This document shows, one piece after another, positions 55,485 through 58,530 of a stretch of 58,530 bases of DNA. Made by a program: the position numbers and the translations under genes. The DNA is from a virus (Duplodnaviria > Caudoviricetes). The stretch covers positions 1 through 58,530 of the IMG/VR virus record IMGVR_UViG_3300043410_000871. One strand, 5' to 3'. The first letter of the stretch is position 1, and each line of letters begins with the position of its first letter. The notes beneath the pieces are model-generated. The model saw only the letters and a list, made by a program, of their open reading frames with translations, made no database searches and was not told where the DNA came from.

Positions 55485-56064
55485 CGTAGGTTAATCGAAT
55501 TCCAACTTGGTCCAAATAAACCGTATCTCTATGTGGATAAATCATGTTGCTTCTAAAACTTATAGCAACCCCAAAAGACGCATCTGTTATATCTTGTGCA
55601 GAAAGTGTAGTTCCCCATAAGTCAGTAGAGCTACCATATATGTTAAAATCGTCAATTGGATCCAACATTACGGCAGTGTCAGCAGTATACATATCAGCTT
55701 GTATGGGGTTTATTAAACTTGCACGGTTTTCACCAATTAACTCACCGTTTAGTATAAGTTGTATTACTAAATCTTGTATTCTAGCAACTCGCCTTGCATT
55801 TAACGAAAGCTCTATACCAACTAATGTTCCACTATTCGCTGGAATATTATAACCACTTGTATTAAGTTGGCTGGTTTCGCTATAAAATTTCTCTTGCCAA
55901 AACCCACTTATTGTGTATAATGTACCACGTGTGCTAGCAGCACTGTCTGTACTAATGATACTTTCTGAATGATCCCACTGAATTGAGGGTCTACCAGTCA
56001 CACTATTAACTGAATGAACTTGTTCTATAATAGATGGTAGGAAGAAAGCGGTTGTGGTAGTCAT
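55480..56064 (-). CDS. Hypothetical protein (possible jelly-roll virion protein)
   Basis: 194-aa ORF with its own GTAAATA motif; GTLVGIEL and YGSSTDLWG..FGVAI. Confidence 0.6.
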   Translation of the reverse strand: MTTTTAFFLPSIIEQVHSVNSVTGRPSIQWDHSESIISTDSAASTRGTLYTISGFWQEKFYSETSQLNTSGYNIPANSGTLVGIELSLNARRVARIQDLVIQLILNGELIGENRASLINPIQADMYTADTAVMLDPIDDFNIYGSSTDLWGTTLSAQDITDASFGVAISFRSNMIYPHRDTVYLDQVGIRLTYA

Positions 56065-56077
56065 ACTTTATTTACCC

Positions 56078-56105
56078 AAAATAAAAGGGCTCCGAAGAGC
56101 CCTTT
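56078..56105 (-). terminator. Rho-independent terminator after the major capsid gene
   Basis: Minus strand AAAGGGCTC-TTCG-GAGCCCTTT-TATTTT (C-UUCG-G loop). Confidence 0.88.
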
Positions 56106-56129
56106 GTATTTTTCAACACTAGGTTTGAA

Positions 56130-57311
56130 TTAGCTGAACTTAACGTTACCAGCAGTAATTGCAACACGACCTAAATAGTCAGCTGCGTTACCTAGAGAAG
56201 AAGCTGTGTTAGACAACTCAACATAACCATAACGTGTCATGAATGATACGACTGGTTCGAATGTTGATGGGTCTAGAACAACACCGCTGCTCATCAATGG
56301 AATGTATGGGCAGTAGAACGCTGGAGCGTCAGACTCTGAACCGCCTTTGTAGCCGATTAGGATGTCTGTGCTGTCTGTAGCATATGAGTTAACATACACT
56401 TTCATAGCGTTGTTTAGTGTACCAACGAACTTAGTGTTTGTTGGAGCTTCAAATGTACCTTCTGTTGTACGAGCAAAAGCTGAAGTAGTAGCAGATTGTA
56501 GGATGGTCAATGCGAATGGAGAAACCACTGCATAGTTACCAGCACCACGGCGAGTACGTTGAGCGATCAAGTTAGAAACACGGTTGATCTGAACAGCTAA
56601 AGCAGCGTGTTCGTCACCAACGAATGTTGCTGTACCAGAAACGGCAGCTTGGTCGTAAGTTTGTGTTGCTGTACCAGCTAAAGCTAGTAAAGAACCAATG
56701 ATTTCTTGGTCGATTTCAGCAGTAATTTCTTGTGCCAAAGCGGCCATGATTTCTGCTTCTACGTCGATACCTTGTTGAGCTTGTGCATCTTGAGCTGCTT
56801 CGAAAGTCCAACGAGCACTTAGCTTGCGAGTCTTTGCTTCAACAGTTTGTTTCAAGATCTGGATGCTCATACGCTTACCAGCTTGGCCTTCTAAAGTAGC
56901 TGTAGAAGCTGCCTTAGCTGCACCTGCATTACCTGTGCTATCTTGGTTACCAGAATAGCTTTCAGCAATTTTGAATGGGCTTAGTGCTTCTTCACCTGCT
57001 AGAGCAGTACCTGCGCTATCAGCATAACGCACACGTAAAGTGTGGATCTGACCAACTGGGCCAGTCATTGGCTGTACGCCTACCAACTCGTTAGCAATAA
57101 CTGTTGGCATAACACGGCGGATTACTGGTAGAATCACGCGGTTTAGTGTTGAAACGTTTCCGGCAGAAGTGGCACCAGCTGTTGCGCTTTCTTGAAGATA
57201 CTTACGTGTATTTTCTAGGGTTACGCCCATTACTGATTTTTTAGTGCCTTGTAAGCCTTCTAATAGGGCTTCCTTAGTCTCTGCCCAACGTCCGTTTAGT
57301 AGTTCTGACAT
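56130..57311 (-). CDS. Major capsid protein (T4 gp23-like)
   Basis: IRRVMPTVIANELVGVQPMTGPVGQIHTLR, VEAKTRKLSARWTFE, EIDQEI, RRGAGN, FYCPYIP and FMTRYG. Confidence 0.97.
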   Translation of the reverse strand: MSELLNGRWAETKEALLEGLQGTKKSVMGVTLENTRKYLQESATAGATSAGNVSTLNRVILPVIRRVMPTVIANELVGVQPMTGPVGQIHTLRVRYADSAGTALAGEEALSPFKIAESYSGNQDSTGNAGAAKAASTATLEGQAGKRMSIQILKQTVEAKTRKLSARWTFEAAQDAQAQQGIDVEAEIMAALAQEITAEIDQEIIGSLLALAGTATQTYDQAAVSGTATFVGDEHAALAVQINRVSNLIAQRTRRGAGNYAVVSPFALTILQSATTSAFARTTEGTFEAPTNTKFVGTLNNAMKVYVNSYATDSTDILIGYKGGSESDAPAFYCPYIPLMSSGVVLDPSTFEPVVSFMTRYGYVELSNTASSLGNAADYLGRVAITAGNVKFS

Positions 57312-57326
57312 TTAAATTCTCCTAAT

Positions 57327-58424
57327 TTATTTTAGTCCAGCTAGCTTGCGAATGTCTACGATGTTACTATCGCCGCCTACGCTGCTACGGTTGGTGTTGG
57401 AAATTGTCTTATTTCCGGTTACTTCTTTAGCCTCTACTAGTGCCTGTTTCTTCTGCGGAGCTTTGCCACCAATTACTGATGGAAGATACTTATCGAAAGA
57501 TTCGTTAAGTTTCTCTGTTTTAACACTCTCCATTAATTCACCCATGATTGCTTTTTGCTCACTGTTTAGGGGAGCTAGCAACTCACTCATGATTTCTTTT
57601 CTTGTTTGACTCTCTTTAAGAGTACGGATTTCTGATTGCTTGCTTTCTAGGATTTGTTCAGCTTTTACAACAGCTTCAGCAGCTTCTTGAATAGCTAAAT
57701 CTTTCAAGTCTATAACTTTGAGCAATTTTGCAGTTTCCGATTTTTCATTTAGGTAACTTGTCTGATACTCAGAAGCAAAAGCTTCGAATAACTTACGGCC
57801 GAAGTCTGCACGGCGAGCGGCTTCAATGTCTTCTTTAAGTGCAGTAATTTCAGAATTTAAGTTCTGAGTTACTACGCTTTCGACCATAGTAGCAGCACGT
57901 TGTACAAATGCTTCTTTTACCTTCTTGATTTCTTGACGTCCTTCACGGATCAACTTAACTTTAGTTTCAGCTAAGTCCTTCTTGTCTTTGAAGAATTCTG
58001 TAATTTCTTGAGCCAATGCCTCAACAACGAATTGTTCTAATGCACCAAACTTAGTTGCCATAGCAACTTGATCTTCATGCAACTCTTTAACTTCTGCTGC
58101 TAAACGACGAGTAACGAATTCCTTCATTACAAATGCGTTTTGCTTCATAGCCTTAGCGTACTTGACTTTCATCTCGTCCAATTGCTTACGATCGTCTGCA
58201 AACTCAACAAGTTCAGCAGCTAGTTGCTCGCTGATCATACGATCAACGGCTTCAACCATTGTGCTCTTGTCGTGTTCATATTTCTGTGCGAACTCTTCGC
58301 GTAATTGAAGAGCAACTTGTTCTTTATTCTCGTTTACACGAGCTTCCCAAGCTTCTTCAATCTGGCCTTTGATCTCTTCAGAAACCACATTGTTTTCAAA
58401 TAACGTTTTCAATGCATCCAACAT
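57327..58424 (-). CDS. Prohead core / scaffold protein (T4 gp22-like)
   Basis: E/K-rich coiled-coil protein directly upstream of the capsid gene. Start moved to MLDALK (58424) because a GGAG site lies at 58431-58434. Confidence 0.8.
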   Translation of the reverse strand: MLDALKTLFENNVVSEEIKGQIEEAWEARVNENKEQVALQLREEFAQKYEHDKSTMVEAVDRMISEQLAAELVEFADDRKQLDEMKVKYAKAMKQNAFVMKEFVTRRLAAEVKELHEDQVAMATKFGALEQFVVEALAQEITEFFKDKKDLAETKVKLIREGRQEIKKVKEAFVQRAATMVESVVTQNLNSEITALKEDIEAARRADFGRKLFEAFASEYQTSYLNEKSETAKLLKVIDLKDLAIQEAAEAVVKAEQILESKQSEIRTLKESQTRKEIMSELLAPLNSEQKAIMGELMESVKTEKLNESFDKYLPSVIGGKAPQKKQALVEAKEVTGNKTISNTNRSSVGGDSNIVDIRKLAGLK

Positions 58425-58437
58425 GTGATTCTCCTTG

Positions 58438-58530
58438 TTATTGGAGTTTGCCAATTATTGCTAATAGGCTCTCTTTGAGATATTTTTGTGCTTTAGGATC
58501 ACCCTTAACCTCTTGCGCTATGCGTAAGGC
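58438..58530 (-). CDS. C-terminal end of an upstream gene, probably the prohead protease (gp21-like); partial
   Basis: Open frame ...ALRIAQEVKGDPKAQKYLKESLLAIIGKLQ* ending at 58438; identity inferred from T4-like synteny (21-22-23). Confidence 0.55.
   Translation of the reverse strand, partial: ALRIAQEVKGDPKAQKYLKESLLAIIGKLQ

Noticed and set aside
27497-57609. Many 60-140 aa plus-strand ORFs overlapping the structural genes
   Set aside because: Antisense shadows produced by the biased codon usage of T/G/A/V-rich genes; no recognisable motifs.
58425-58454. Scaffold start at 58454 as given in the ORF track
   Set aside because: That start overlaps the upstream gene's end; ATG 58424 has a well-spaced GGAG Shine-Dalgarno site.
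1-58530. Stop-codon reassignment, as seen in some jumbo phages
   Set aside because: Core genes, including 8-12 kb ORFs, are intact and densely packed under the standard code.

Overview
This window is the virion-morphogenesis region of a large T4-like (myovirus, probably jumbo) bacteriophage, read in the standard genetic code and mostly on the minus strand. From the right end it holds the C-terminus of the prohead protease, the scaffold, the major capsid protein and several baseplate or fibre proteins. Next come two giant paralogous virion proteins (2619 and 4008 aa) and an S74-chaperone tail fibre. An accessory island (16.5-27.6 kb) follows, then gp15/gp14/gp13-like neck genes, a dNMP kinase, an HNH-like gene, tail sheath and tube genes, a gp4-like nuclease, a putative small terminase and the large terminase. 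A long head-associated ORF runs off the left edge and is missing from the ORF track. Two things stand out. (1) The island holds eight translationally coupled 2OG-Fe(II) oxygenases, a U32-family Fe-S protein and a flavin-dependent Trp-halogenase-family enzyme. These sit beside four Gly/His/Trp-rich adhesin-like paralogs and are preceded by late-promoter-like motifs, so the island is a candidate system for chemically modifying virion proteins. (2) The 4008-aa protein carries about 12 repeats of 140-160 aa with a C-x-R-D-x-G-Y motif resembling the bilin-attachment helix of phycobiliproteins. All family calls come from motif recognition by eye; no database searches were run.
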